Below, piece after piece: positions 56,394-64,000 of a stretch of 64,000 nt of DNA. Positions within the stretch are counted from its first letter, which is position 1; each line of letters opens with the position of its first letter. Source of the stretch: an uncultured Ruminococcus sp. (GTDB lineage: Bacteria; Bacillota; Clostridia; Oscillospirales; Ruminococcaceae); the NCBI GenBank assembly GCA_902780505.1, contig CACZFN010000006.1, positions 18,656 through 82,655 of the forward strand, read 5' to 3'. The translations under genes and the position numbers were made by a program. The notes under the pieces are model-generated. The model did no database searches, was not told the DNA's origin, and was given only the letters and a program-made list of their open reading frames with translations.

Positions 56394-56686
56394 TGACTAA
56401 GACAGCTCAGGACATAATCCTCAAGCCCATCATCACAGAGGATTCAATGGAAAGGCTCCCTGGCGGGAAGTATACTTTTGCGGTAGCTAAGGACGCTAAC
56501 AAGATCGAGATAGCTAAGGCTGTTGAGGAACTTTTTGACGTTAAGGTCGCAAAGGTAAACACAATAAGCGTTAAGGGCAAGCAGAAGAGAATGGGCAGAT
56601 ACGTCGGCTTCAGACCTGACTGGAAAAAGGCGATCGTTACTGTTGAGGGCGATAAGACTATCGAATTCTTCGACGGTATGTACTAA
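56393..56686 (+). CDS. rplW: 50S ribosomal protein L23
   Basis: DIILKPIITEDSM...KYTFAVAKDANKIEIAKAVEELFDVKV. Confidence 0.95.
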   Translation: MTKTAQDIILKPIITEDSMERLPGGKYTFAVAKDANKIEIAKAVEELFDVKVAKVNTISVKGKQKRMGRYVGFRPDWKKAIVTVEGDKTIEFFDGMY

Positions 56687-56733
56687 GCCGGCAGGCCGGT
56701 GATGCGTCACCGGGTAAGTATGGGACGCTTTAA

Positions 56734-56777
56734 AAGGGAAACACACGGGCAAGTGTAAGCGTGAACGTGCAGTCCTT
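56734..56777 (+). promoter_or_regulatory. RNA motif copy B in the rplW-rplB spacer
   Basis: AAGGGAAACACACGGGCAAGTGTAAGCG...GTCCTT, related to copy A. Sits in a 144-nt spacer. Confidence 0.45.
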
Positions 56778-56830
56778 ATGATAAAATGAAGCCCGCGCCT
56801 CGCAAAACATTTACAAGGAGTGAAAATACA

Positions 56831-57664
56831 ATGGCAATAAAGAGCTATAAGCCTACGACTGCCGGAAGGAGAGGTATGACAGTTACCGACTATTCCGAGC
56901 TTTCAAAGGTAAAGCCTGAAAAGAGCCTTCTTGAACCCCTCAAGAAGAATTCGGGCAGAAACAGCTACGGTAGGATCACAGTACGCCACAGAGGCGGCGG
57001 TGAGAGAAGAAAATACCGTGTTATCGATTTTAAGAGAAACAAGCTCGATATGAATGCTACTGTTTTAACGATCGAGTATGATCCTAACAGATCCGCATTT
57101 ATCGCACTTGTACAGTATGAAGACGGTGAGAAGAGATATATCCTCGCACCGAACGGCCTTAAAGTAGGCGACGTTGTAAGATCTGCAAATGATGCCGACA
57201 TCAAGCCCGGCAATGCACTTGCAATGAGCAATATCCCCGTTGGTACGTTTATCCACAATATCGAGCTTTACCCCGGCAAGGGCGCACAGCTCGTTCGTTC
57301 CGCAGGCAACATGGCTCAGCTTATGGGCAAAGAGGGCGGCTACGCACTCGTAAGACTTCCTTCGGGCGAAATGAGAAAGATCCCCGAGAACTGCATGGCA
57401 ACTATCGGGCAGGTCGGCAATATAGACCACGTAAACGTAAATATCGGTAAAGCAGGCAGAAAACGCCACATGGGTGTAAGACCTCACGTAAGAGGTTCAG
57501 TCATGAACCCGAATGACCACCCGCACGGCGGTGGTGAAGGTAAATCACCTGTCGGACGTCCCAGCCCTGTTACCCCGTGGGGCAAACCTACAATGGGTTA
57601 CAAGACTCGTGCTAAGCACAATCGCTCCGATAAGTTTATCGTAAAGCGCAGAAACGGTAAATAA
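56831..57664 (+). CDS. rplB: 50S ribosomal protein L2
   Basis: Start at [17 protein letters not shown] (AAGGAG RBS). Typical L2. Confidence 0.95.
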   Translation: MAIKSYKPTTAGRRGMTVTDYSELSKVKPEKSLLEPLKKNSGRNSYGRITVRHRGGGERRKYRVIDFKRNKLDMNATVLTIEYDPNRSAFIALVQYEDGEKRYILAPNGLKVGDVVRSANDADIKPGNALAMSNIPVGTFIHNIELYPGKGAQLVRSAGNMAQLMGKEGGYALVRLPSGEMRKIPENCMATIGQVGNIDHVNVNIGKAGRKRHMGVRPHVRGSVMNPNDHPHGGGEGKSPVGRPSPVTPWGKPTMGYKTRAKHNRSDKFIVKRRNGK

Positions 57665-57684
57665 TGAAAGGAGGCAGATGACTA

Positions 57685-57966
57685 ATGGGTAGAAGTGTTA
57701 AGAAGGGCCCCTATGTGCAGGAGGCGCTTTTAAAGAGAGTTATCGCAATGAACGAGGCAGGAGAAAAGAAGGTCCTCAAGACATGGAGCAGAGCTTCGAC
57801 AATATTCCCTGATTTCGTTGGTCATACATTCGCTGTTCACGACGGCAGAAAGCACGTTCCGGTTTATGTTACCGAAGATATGGTAGGACATAAGCTCGGC
57901 GAGTTTGCTCCGACAAGAACTTATAAGGGACACGCGGGTTCAAAGACCTCAAACAACGGTAAGTAA
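57685..57966 (+). CDS. rpsS: 30S ribosomal protein S19
   Basis: [11 protein letters not shown]...[16 protein letters not shown]. Confidence 0.95.
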   Translation: MGRSVKKGPYVQEALLKRVIAMNEAGEKKVLKTWSRASTIFPDFVGHTFAVHDGRKHVPVYVTEDMVGHKLGEFAPTRTYKGHAGSKTSNNGK

Positions 57967-57986
57967 GGCGGAAGGAGGAATTTTGA

Positions 57987-58322
57987 ATGGAAGCAAAGGC
58001 AATTTTGAGAAATGCCAGAATTGCTCCGCGTAAGGTGTCGATCGTACTCGACCTTATCAGGGGCAAGGATCTTGACGTTGCGCTCGCAACTGTCAACCAT
58101 ACACCCAAGGCTGCCAGCGAATATCTGGCAAAGCTTCTGAAGTCCGCTGCTGCAAACGCTGAGAACAACCACAATATGGATAAGAATAATCTTTATGTTT
58201 CAGAGTGCTTCGTTTGCCCCGGACCGATTATGAAAAGGATCATGCCCAGAGCGCAGGGCAGAGCATACAGAATTCTGAAGAGGACATCACATATAACTGT
58301 AGTCCTCAAGGAAAAGGAATAA
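57987..58322 (+). CDS. rplV: 50S ribosomal protein L22
   Basis: [27 protein letters not shown]. Confidence 0.95.
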   Translation: MEAKAILRNARIAPRKVSIVLDLIRGKDLDVALATVNHTPKAASEYLAKLLKSAAANAENNHNMDKNNLYVSECFVCPGPIMKRIMPRAQGRAYRILKRTSHITVVLKEKE

Positions 58323-58341
58323 GCGCGTAAGGAGGTAAACT

Positions 58342-59160
58342 ATGGGCCAGAAGGTAAATCCGCACGGACTTCGTGTCGGAGTAATAAAAGATTGGGATTC
58401 CCGTTGGTTTGCAGATAAGGCTACTTTCGGCGACACACTTGTTGAGGATTACAACATAAGAGAATATGTATTCAAGATGCTCAATACAAGATCGAAGAAT
58501 CCCGAAGTAAAATCGGTTTACGCAGGCGTTCCGAAGGTTGAGATCGAAAGATTTGCAGCTAAGGACGGCAGCCAGAATGTAAGGATCCACATCCACTGCG
58601 CAAAACCCGGTATAGTAATAGGCAGAGGCGGCGCTGAGATCGAAAAGCTCCGCGCACAGATCGAGAAGATGATCGGCAAGCACGTTTCCCTTAACATTGT
58701 TGAGGTAAGATCACCTGACATCAATGCACAGCTCGTAGCTGAAAAGATAGCTCACGATCTTGAGGACAGAATTTCCTTCAGAAGGGCTATGAAGCAGGCT
58801 ATCGGCAGGGCTATGAAGCTTGGTGCAAAGGGTATAAAGGTCCAGGTATCAGGCAGACTTGCAGGCGCCGAGATCGCAAGAAGCGAAACATATCACGAAG
58901 GTACTATCCCGCTTCAGACAATAAGAGCTGATATCGACTACGGTACAGCAGAAGCACATACAACCTACGGCAGACTTGGCGTAAAGGTATGGGTATACCG
59001 CGGCGAAGTTCTCAAGGGTGAGGCTGCTCCCTCTGACAAGAGAGATGCGGGCGACAAGAACGACAGAAGACGCAAGCCCCGCAGGGACGACAGAGCTAAG
59101 GACAACAGGAGAGATTTTTCCAAGGCTCGTCAGATGAAAAGAGAAGGAGGTAACGTATAA
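58342..59160 (+). CDS. rpsC: 30S ribosomal protein S3 with extended basic/acidic C-terminal tail
   Basis: [26 protein letters not shown] domain. About 50-aa tail [40 protein letters not shown]. Confidence 0.95.
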   Translation: MGQKVNPHGLRVGVIKDWDSRWFADKATFGDTLVEDYNIREYVFKMLNTRSKNPEVKSVYAGVPKVEIERFAAKDGSQNVRIHIHCAKPGIVIGRGGAEIEKLRAQIEKMIGKHVSLNIVEVRSPDINAQLVAEKIAHDLEDRISFRRAMKQAIGRAMKLGAKGIKVQVSGRLAGAEIARSETYHEGTIPLQTIRADIDYGTAEAHTTYGRLGVKVWVYRGEVLKGEAAPSDKRDAGDKNDRRRKPRRDDRAKDNRRDFSKARQMKREGGNV

Positions 59161-59588
59161 TGCTGCTTCCGAAGAGAGTTAAATACAGAAGACAACAGCG
59201 CGGCCGTATGACAGGTAAGGCTACAAGAGGCAATAAGGTAACAAACGGTGAGTATGGTCTTCAGGCACTTCAGCCTGCATGGATCACATCAAGACAGATC
59301 GAAGCTGCCCGTATCGCAATGACAAGATATATCAAGCGTGGCGGTCAGGTATGGATCAAGATATTCCCCGATAAGCCTATCACAGAGAAGCCCGCAGAAA
59401 CTCGAATGGGTTCAGGTAAAGGTTCGCCCGAATACTGGGCAGCTGTAGTAAAGCCCGGCCGTGTAATGTTCGAGATCGCAGGCGTTCCCGAAGAAACGGC
59501 AAGAGAGGCTATGCGTCTTGCAATGCATAAGCTTCCTATCAAGTGCAAGTTCGTTAAAAAAGAAGAGGAAACGGGTGGTGAACAGTAA
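59160..59588 (+). CDS. rplP: 50S ribosomal protein L16
   Basis: [17 protein letters not shown]. Confidence 0.95.
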   Translation: MLLPKRVKYRRQQRGRMTGKATRGNKVTNGEYGLQALQPAWITSRQIEAARIAMTRYIKRGGQVWIKIFPDKPITEKPAETRMGSGKGSPEYWAAVVKPGRVMFEIAGVPEETAREAMRLAMHKLPIKCKFVKKEEETGGEQ

Positions 59589-59782
59589 TGAAATCAAATG
59601 AATTAAAGGAAATGTCACTCGCAGAGCTTAACGAAAAGCTCGCAGACCTCAAGCAGGAATTATTCAATCTTCGTTTTCAGCACGCTGTAAACCAGCTCGA
59701 TAATCCCAAGAGCATGACAGCAGTTAAAAAGGATATCGCTCGCGTAAAGACATTTATACGCCAGCTCGAATCCGCACAGTAA
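59588..59782 (+). CDS. rpmC: 50S ribosomal protein L29
   Basis: ELKEMSLAELNEKLADLKQELFNLRFQ. Confidence 0.95.
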   Translation: MKSNELKEMSLAELNEKLADLKQELFNLRFQHAVNQLDNPKSMTAVKKDIARVKTFIRQLESAQ

Positions 59783-59800
59783 GCGAAGGGAGGACTGACT

Positions 59801-60058
59801 GTGGCAGAGAGAAATCTTAGAAAAACAAGAGTGGGAATAGTTGTTTCCGACAAGATGGACAAGACTATCGTTGTAGCTATCAAGGATAATGTACAGCACC
59901 CGCTTTATAAGAAGATCATCAAGAGAACAGTTAAGCTTAAAGCACACGATGAAACAAATCAGTGCAGAATAGGCGACAAGGTAGAGGTTATGGAAACACG
60001 CCCTCTTTCTAAAGATAAGAGATGGCGCCTTGTCAAGGTTCTTGAGCAGGCTAAGTAA
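59801..60058 (+). CDS. rpsQ: 30S ribosomal protein S17
   Basis: GTG start. [21 protein letters not shown]...[16 protein letters not shown]. Confidence 0.95.
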   Translation: MAERNLRKTRVGIVVSDKMDKTIVVAIKDNVQHPLYKKIIKRTVKLKAHDETNQCRIGDKVEVMETRPLSKDKRWRLVKVLEQAK

Positions 60059-60119
60059 TTTCAAAATGTCGGGTGGCGGCATAAGCCGCTTGCCCTGAAT
60101 ATCGAAAGGAGGACGCACT

Positions 60120-60488
60120 GTGATACAGATGCAGACTTACCTGAAAGTCGCAGACAACTCCGGCGCTAAGGAGCTTATGTGCATCAGGGTTCTCGGAGGT
60201 ACTCGCAGAAAGTACGCCAATATCGGCGACGTTGTAGTAGCTTCCGTTAAAAAGGCAACACCAGGTGGCGTTGTTAAAAAGGGCGACGTAGTTAAAGCTG
60301 TGATCGTTCGTTCAGCTAAAGGTCTCAGGAGAGCAGACGGAACATATATCCGCTTTGACGAGAACGCAGCTGTTATAATAAGAGATGACAAAAACCCGAG
60401 AGGTACCCGTATTTTCGGACCTGTCGCCAAGGAGCTCAGAGAGAAAGAATACCTTAAAATACTCTCACTCGCTCCCGAAGTTCTTTGA
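60120..60488 (+). CDS. rplN: 50S ribosomal protein L14
   Basis: GTG start. [27 protein letters not shown]. Confidence 0.95.
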   Translation: MIQMQTYLKVADNSGAKELMCIRVLGGTRRKYANIGDVVVASVKKATPGGVVKKGDVVKAVIVRSAKGLRRADGTYIRFDENAAVIIRDDKNPRGTRIFGPVAKELREKEYLKILSLAPEVL

Positions 60489-60502
60489 TGGAGGTGCACA
60501 GT

Positions 60503-60826
60503 ATGAATAAGGTTCATGTAAAAACAGGCGATACTGTTGTAATACTCTCCGGTAAGGATAAGGGCAAAAAGGGCAAGGTACTCGAAGTAAGCCCGAAGGA
60601 AGGCAAGGTCATCGTAGAAGGCCTTAATATAGTAACAAAGCACGTTAAGCCCAGAAGACAGGGCGAGGCCGGCGGGATAGTAAAGGCTGAGGGCGCACTC
60701 TACGCTTCCAAAGTACAGGCTATCTGCCCCAAGTGCGGCAAGAGCACAAGGATCGGCCATAAGATCCTTGAAGACGGAACTAAAGTCAGAGTTTGCAAAA
60801 ACGAAGGCTGCGGCGAAGAATTTTAA
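60503..60826 (+). CDS. rplX: 50S ribosomal protein L24 (with CxxC...C Cys-containing insertion)
   Basis: Start at [26 protein letters not shown] (GGAGGTG RBS). Contains CPKCG...VCKNEGCG. Confidence 0.9.
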   Translation: MNKVHVKTGDTVVILSGKDKGKKGKVLEVSPKEGKVIVEGLNIVTKHVKPRRQGEAGGIVKAEGALYASKVQAICPKCGKSTRIGHKILEDGTKVRVCKNEGCGEEF

Positions 60827-60842
60827 TTAGGAGGGTACTACA

Positions 60843-61385
60843 ATGGCTGCAAGATTAAAAGAATACTATGTTAGCGACGTAGCTCCCGCTATGATGAAGA
60901 AATTCCAGTACGCTAACGTTATGCAGATACCGAAGCTTGACAAGGTGGTAATAAATGTCGGCTGCGGCGCTGATAAGGATAACAAGAAGGTCATAGACGC
61001 TATCAAGACTGACCTTGCTGCAATCACAGGCCAGATGCCTGTTGAGTGCAAGGCTAAAAAGAGCGTTGCGAACTTTAAACTCAGGGATGGTCAGGTAATA
61101 GGCGTTAAGGTAACGCTCAGGGCTGAAAGAATGTATGAATTCGTTGACAGACTTTTCAACGTTGCATTCCCCCGTGTACGTGACTTCAGAGGTATAAACC
61201 CCAATTCCTTCGACGGCAGGGGCAACTACTCCACCGGTATCAAGGAACAGCTTATATTCCCTGAGATCGAATATGATAAGATAGATAAAGTCCGCGGTAT
61301 GGATATCAACTTCATAACGACCGCAAAGACTGACGAAGAGGCAAAAGAGCTGCTTACACTTATGGGCGCTCCGTTTGCAAAGTAA
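60843..61385 (+). CDS. rplE: 50S ribosomal protein L5
   Basis: [37 protein letters not shown]. Confidence 0.95.
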   Translation: MAARLKEYYVSDVAPAMMKKFQYANVMQIPKLDKVVINVGCGADKDNKKVIDAIKTDLAAITGQMPVECKAKKSVANFKLRDGQVIGVKVTLRAERMYEFVDRLFNVAFPRVRDFRGINPNSFDGRGNYSTGIKEQLIFPEIEYDKIDKVRGMDINFITTAKTDEEAKELLTLMGAPFAK

Positions 61386-61403
61386 GAGTAGGAGGAAAGA
61401 ATT

Positions 61404-61589
61404 ATGGCTAAAAAGGCTATGGTAAATAAACAGCAGGCAAAGCCTAAGTATTCCACTCGTGCTTACAACAGATGTAAAATCTGCGGAAGACCTCACGCAT
61501 ATCTCAGAAAATTCGGCATCTGCCGTATATGCTTCAGAGAGCTTGCACATGACGGTCAGATCCCCGGAGTGAAGAAGGCAAGCTGGTAA
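61404..61589 (+). CDS. rpsN: 30S ribosomal protein S14 type Z (zinc-binding)
   Basis: 61 aa. [20 protein letters not shown]. Confidence 0.95.
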   Translation: MAKKAMVNKQQAKPKYSTRAYNRCKICGRPHAYLRKFGICRICFRELAHDGQIPGVKKASW

Positions 61590-61610
61590 GAAGGTAAGGA
61601 GGGTAACAGT

Positions 61611-62009
61611 ATGCAGATAACTGATACAATAGCGGACCTGCTTACAAGGATCCGTAATGCAAGTACAGCAAAGCACGCAACAGTTGACGTTCCTGCTTCA
61701 AATATGAAGAAGTCTATCACACAGATCCTTGTAAATGAAGGCTATGTGAAGGATTTTCAGGTTATAGAGGACGGTAAGCAGGGAATCATCAGAATAACAC
61801 TTAAATATGACGAGAACAGAAACTCCGTTATCACAGGTCTTCGCAGGGTTTCCAAGCCTGGCCTCAGGATCTATAAGAGCTGTGAGGATATGCCTAAGGT
61901 AATGAAGGGACTTGGCGTTGCTATAGTTTCCACATCAAAGGGCATCATCACCGACAAGAAGGCAAGAGAGCTCGGCGTCGGCGGCGAGGTTCTCGCATTT
62001 GTCTGGTAA
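61611..62009 (+). CDS. rpsH: 30S ribosomal protein S8
   Basis: [14 protein letters not shown]. Confidence 0.95.
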   Translation: MQITDTIADLLTRIRNASTAKHATVDVPASNMKKSITQILVNEGYVKDFQVIEDGKQGIIRITLKYDENRNSVITGLRRVSKPGLRIYKSCEDMPKVMKGLGVAIVSTSKGIITDKKARELGVGGEVLAFVW

Positions 62010-62022
62010 GGAGGACTAAAAT

Positions 62023-62574
62023 ATGTCAAGAATAGGTTTAAAGCCGATTAGTGTTCCTGCCGGAGTAACGGTAACTATCGCAGACGGAAATGTCGTTACC
62101 GTAAAGGGCCCCAAGGGTACACTTGAGAGGACTTTCAATAAGGATATGATAATCAAGCAGGAGGGTACTGAGATAACAGTTGCAAGACCTTCCGAGGATA
62201 AGCTTCATAAGTCACTTCACGGGCTTACAAGAACACTTATCAACAACATGATAGAAGGCGTTACAGAAGGCTTTACAAAGAAGCTTGAAGTTGTGGGCGT
62301 CGGCTACAGAGCACAGAAGCAGGGCAAGAACCTTGTGCTCAACATTGGTTATTCACATCAGGTGATAATACCTGAAACAGATACGATAAAGATCGAAGTT
62401 CCCGATGCGAACCATATCGTAGTATCGGGTGCTGATAAGCAGGAAGTCGGACAGTTTGCCTGCGAGATCAGAGAGAAGCGTCCGCCGGAGCCTTATAAGG
62501 GTAAGGGTATTCGCTATGAAGGCGAGTATGTTATCCATAAGGAAGGTAAAGCCGGTAAGGGTGCTAAGAAGTAA
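62023..62574 (+). CDS. rplF: 50S ribosomal protein L6
   Basis: MSRIGLKPISVPAGVTVTI..VTVKGPKGTL. Confidence 0.95.
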   Translation: MSRIGLKPISVPAGVTVTIADGNVVTVKGPKGTLERTFNKDMIIKQEGTEITVARPSEDKLHKSLHGLTRTLINNMIEGVTEGFTKKLEVVGVGYRAQKQGKNLVLNIGYSHQVIIPETDTIKIEVPDANHIVVSGADKQEVGQFACEIREKRPPEPYKGKGIRYEGEYVIHKEGKAGKGAKK

Positions 62575-62592
62575 CGGAAGGAGAGAACTGAT

Positions 62593-62952
62593 ATGGTTAA
62601 AAAGCTTGACAGAGCTAAAGCGAGAGCAAAAAGACAGATCAGAGTTCGTGCTAAGATCTCGGGTACCCCCGATTGTCCCAGACTTAACGTATTCCGTTCA
62701 GCGAAGCATATCTATGCACAGCTTATCGACGACGTCAACGGCGTGACACTTGCAGCTGCATCATCACTTTCAAAGGGCTTTGAAGGTAACGGCGGCAACA
62801 AGGAAGGCGCACGTAAGGTAGGACAGCTTATCGCTGAAGCTGCAAAGGCTAAGGGTATCGAGAATGTAGTATTTGACAGAGCAGGATACCTTTATCACGG
62901 CAGAGTACAGGAGCTTGCAGACGGCGCTCGTGAGAGTGGACTCAAGTTCTGA
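62593..62952 (+). CDS. rplR: 50S ribosomal protein L18
   Basis: [18 protein letters not shown]...[27 protein letters not shown]. Confidence 0.95.
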   Translation: MVKKLDRAKARAKRQIRVRAKISGTPDCPRLNVFRSAKHIYAQLIDDVNGVTLAAASSLSKGFEGNGGNKEGARKVGQLIAEAAKAKGIENVVFDRAGYLYHGRVQELADGARESGLKF

Positions 62953-62968
62953 TTAAGGAGGGAATACT

Positions 62969-63469
62969 TTGGCTTTAATAGATGCTTCAAATATGGAACT
63001 TAAAGAAACCGTCGTAGCAATAAACAGGGTTTCAAAGACAGTTAAGGGCGGACGTATCATGAAGTTCGCAGCACTCGTAGTAGTAGGCGACGGCAACGGC
63101 ATAGTAGGCTTCGGTACAGGTAAGAGCAGCGAAGTTCCTGACGCTATCCGCAAGGGTATCGAGGATGCTAAGAAAAATCTTATCAAGGTATCACTCAAGG
63201 GTACTACTATCCCCCACGAGATAATCGGTAAATTCGGAGCAGGTGAGGTTCTCCTCAAGCCCGCAGCACCCGGTACGGGCGTTATCGCAGGCGGCACTGT
63301 GAGAGCAGTGGTAGAGGCAGCAGGTATCAAGGATATCAGAGCTAAGAGCCTTCGTTCAAACAACCCCTGCAACGTTGTAAGGGCAGCAGTCAACGGTCTG
63401 GCATCAGTAAGATCTCTTGACGAGGTCGCTGCAAAGAGAGGCAAGACTGCAAAGGAAATAATAGGCTAA
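62969..63469 (+). CDS. rpsE: 30S ribosomal protein S5
   Basis: TTG start. [30 protein letters not shown]. Confidence 0.95.
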   Translation: MALIDASNMELKETVVAINRVSKTVKGGRIMKFAALVVVGDGNGIVGFGTGKSSEVPDAIRKGIEDAKKNLIKVSLKGTTIPHEIIGKFGAGEVLLKPAAPGTGVIAGGTVRAVVEAAGIKDIRAKSLRSNNPCNVVRAAVNGLASVRSLDEVAAKRGKTAKEIIG

Positions 63470-63482
63470 GGAGGAGAATAAA

Positions 63483-63662
63483 GTGGCAAACTTAAAGGTA
63501 GAGCTTGTCAAGAGCCTTAATTCAAAAGTTGAGAAGCAGGTTCTTACAGCTAAATCACTTGGTCTAAAGAAAATCGGAGATGTGACTGTACAGCCTGACA
63601 ATGCACAGACACAGGGCAAAATAAAGGTAATTTCACATCTTGTAAAAGTAACCGAAGCGTAA
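63483..63662 (+). CDS. rpmD: 50S ribosomal protein L30 (59 aa, not in ORF track)
   Basis: Hand translation from GTG: VANLKVELVKSLNSKVEKQVLTAKSLGLKKIGDVTVQPDNAQTQGKIKVISHLVKVTEA. AGGAGG RBS. Expected position between rpsE and rplO. Confidence 0.85.
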   Translation: MANLKVELVKSLNSKVEKQVLTAKSLGLKKIGDVTVQPDNAQTQGKIKVISHLVKVTEA

Positions 63663-63682
63663 GCAAGGAGGTGGGCAGATAA

Positions 63683-64000
63683 ATGAAACTGCACGAATTA
63701 ACACCTGCCGCAGGCTCAACTAAGGAAGTTAAGCGTAAGGGCAGAGGTCACGGCTCGGGTAATGGTAAGACCGCAGGCAAGGGACATAAGGGCCAGAAGG
63801 CTCGTTCAGGCGGCGGCGTAAGGCCCGGCTTTGAAGGCGGACAGACAATGCTCGCAAGAAGAATCCCTAAGAGAGGCTTCAACAATATATTTGCAACAAA
63901 GTATGCAGTAATAAATGTTGCTGATCTTGAAAGATTCGTAGACGGAACAGTCGTAGATACAGAGCTTCTCAAGGCATCAGGCCTTGTAACAAAGGAACTC
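63683..64000 (+). CDS. rplO: 50S ribosomal protein L15 (3' end outside window)
   Basis: Hand translation: [54 protein letters not shown].. AAGGAGGTG RBS. Confidence 0.9.
   Translation, partial: MKLHELTPAAGSTKEVKRKGRGHGSGNGKTAGKGHKGQKARSGGGVRPGFEGGQTMLARRIPKRGFNNIFATKYAVINVADLERFVDGTVVDTELLKASGLVTKEL

Noticed and set aside
60855-61676. 273-aa minus-strand ORF.
   Set aside because: It is entirely antisense to rplE, rpsN and rpsH, which are unmistakable. It is Cys/Leu-rich nonsense with no RBS.

Overview
The window looks like a chromosomal segment from a sporulating, dockerin-bearing Clostridia (Ruminococcus-like; inferred only from protein content). I found no rRNA, tRNA, CRISPR array, transposase or integrase.

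Core genes:
- An isolated rplJ-rplL pair with an L10-type leader.
- guaB, fhs and guaA.
- The yabP-yabQ-divIC-yabR sporulation/division cluster.
- The S10/spc ribosomal-protein operon from rpsJ to rplO, running off the 3' end.

Accessory genes:
- Three paralogous BspA-type leucine-rich-repeat (LRR) surface proteins with near-identical dockerins.
- A scattered phosphorolytic glycan set: GH94 cellobiose phosphorylase, GH26 mannanase, GH130 mannoside phosphorylase, and SGNH and CE1-like esterases.
- A CotH lipoprotein and a fused FeoA-FeoB with its small Cys-rich partner.
- An adjacent diguanylate cyclase and phosphodiesterase pair.
- A Phd/ParE toxin-antitoxin pair and an orphan SUKH-like immunity gene.

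Most interesting non-coding observations:
1. Two ~125-bp elements with perfect 22-24-bp terminal inverted repeats (16367..16493 and 29478..29602). Each sits just downstream of a consensus extended -10 promoter, inside the 5' leader of a gene. This geometry resembles the cwpV/flgB invertible switches.
2. A 228-bp palindromic element (31089..31316) downstream of the same LRR gene.
3. An XRE repressor facing a consensus promoter overlaid by a duplicated operator array. That promoter drives an unassigned two-gene operon (an 84-aa protein plus a membrane-anchored double zinc-ribbon protein).
4. A shared RNA motif in the unusually long S10 leader and in an unusually long rplW-rplB spacer.
5. An unassigned ~370-bp non-coding gap between fhs and guaA that holds a unit bounded by a promoter and a terminator.

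All family assignments come from reading the translations by eye. No database search was run.
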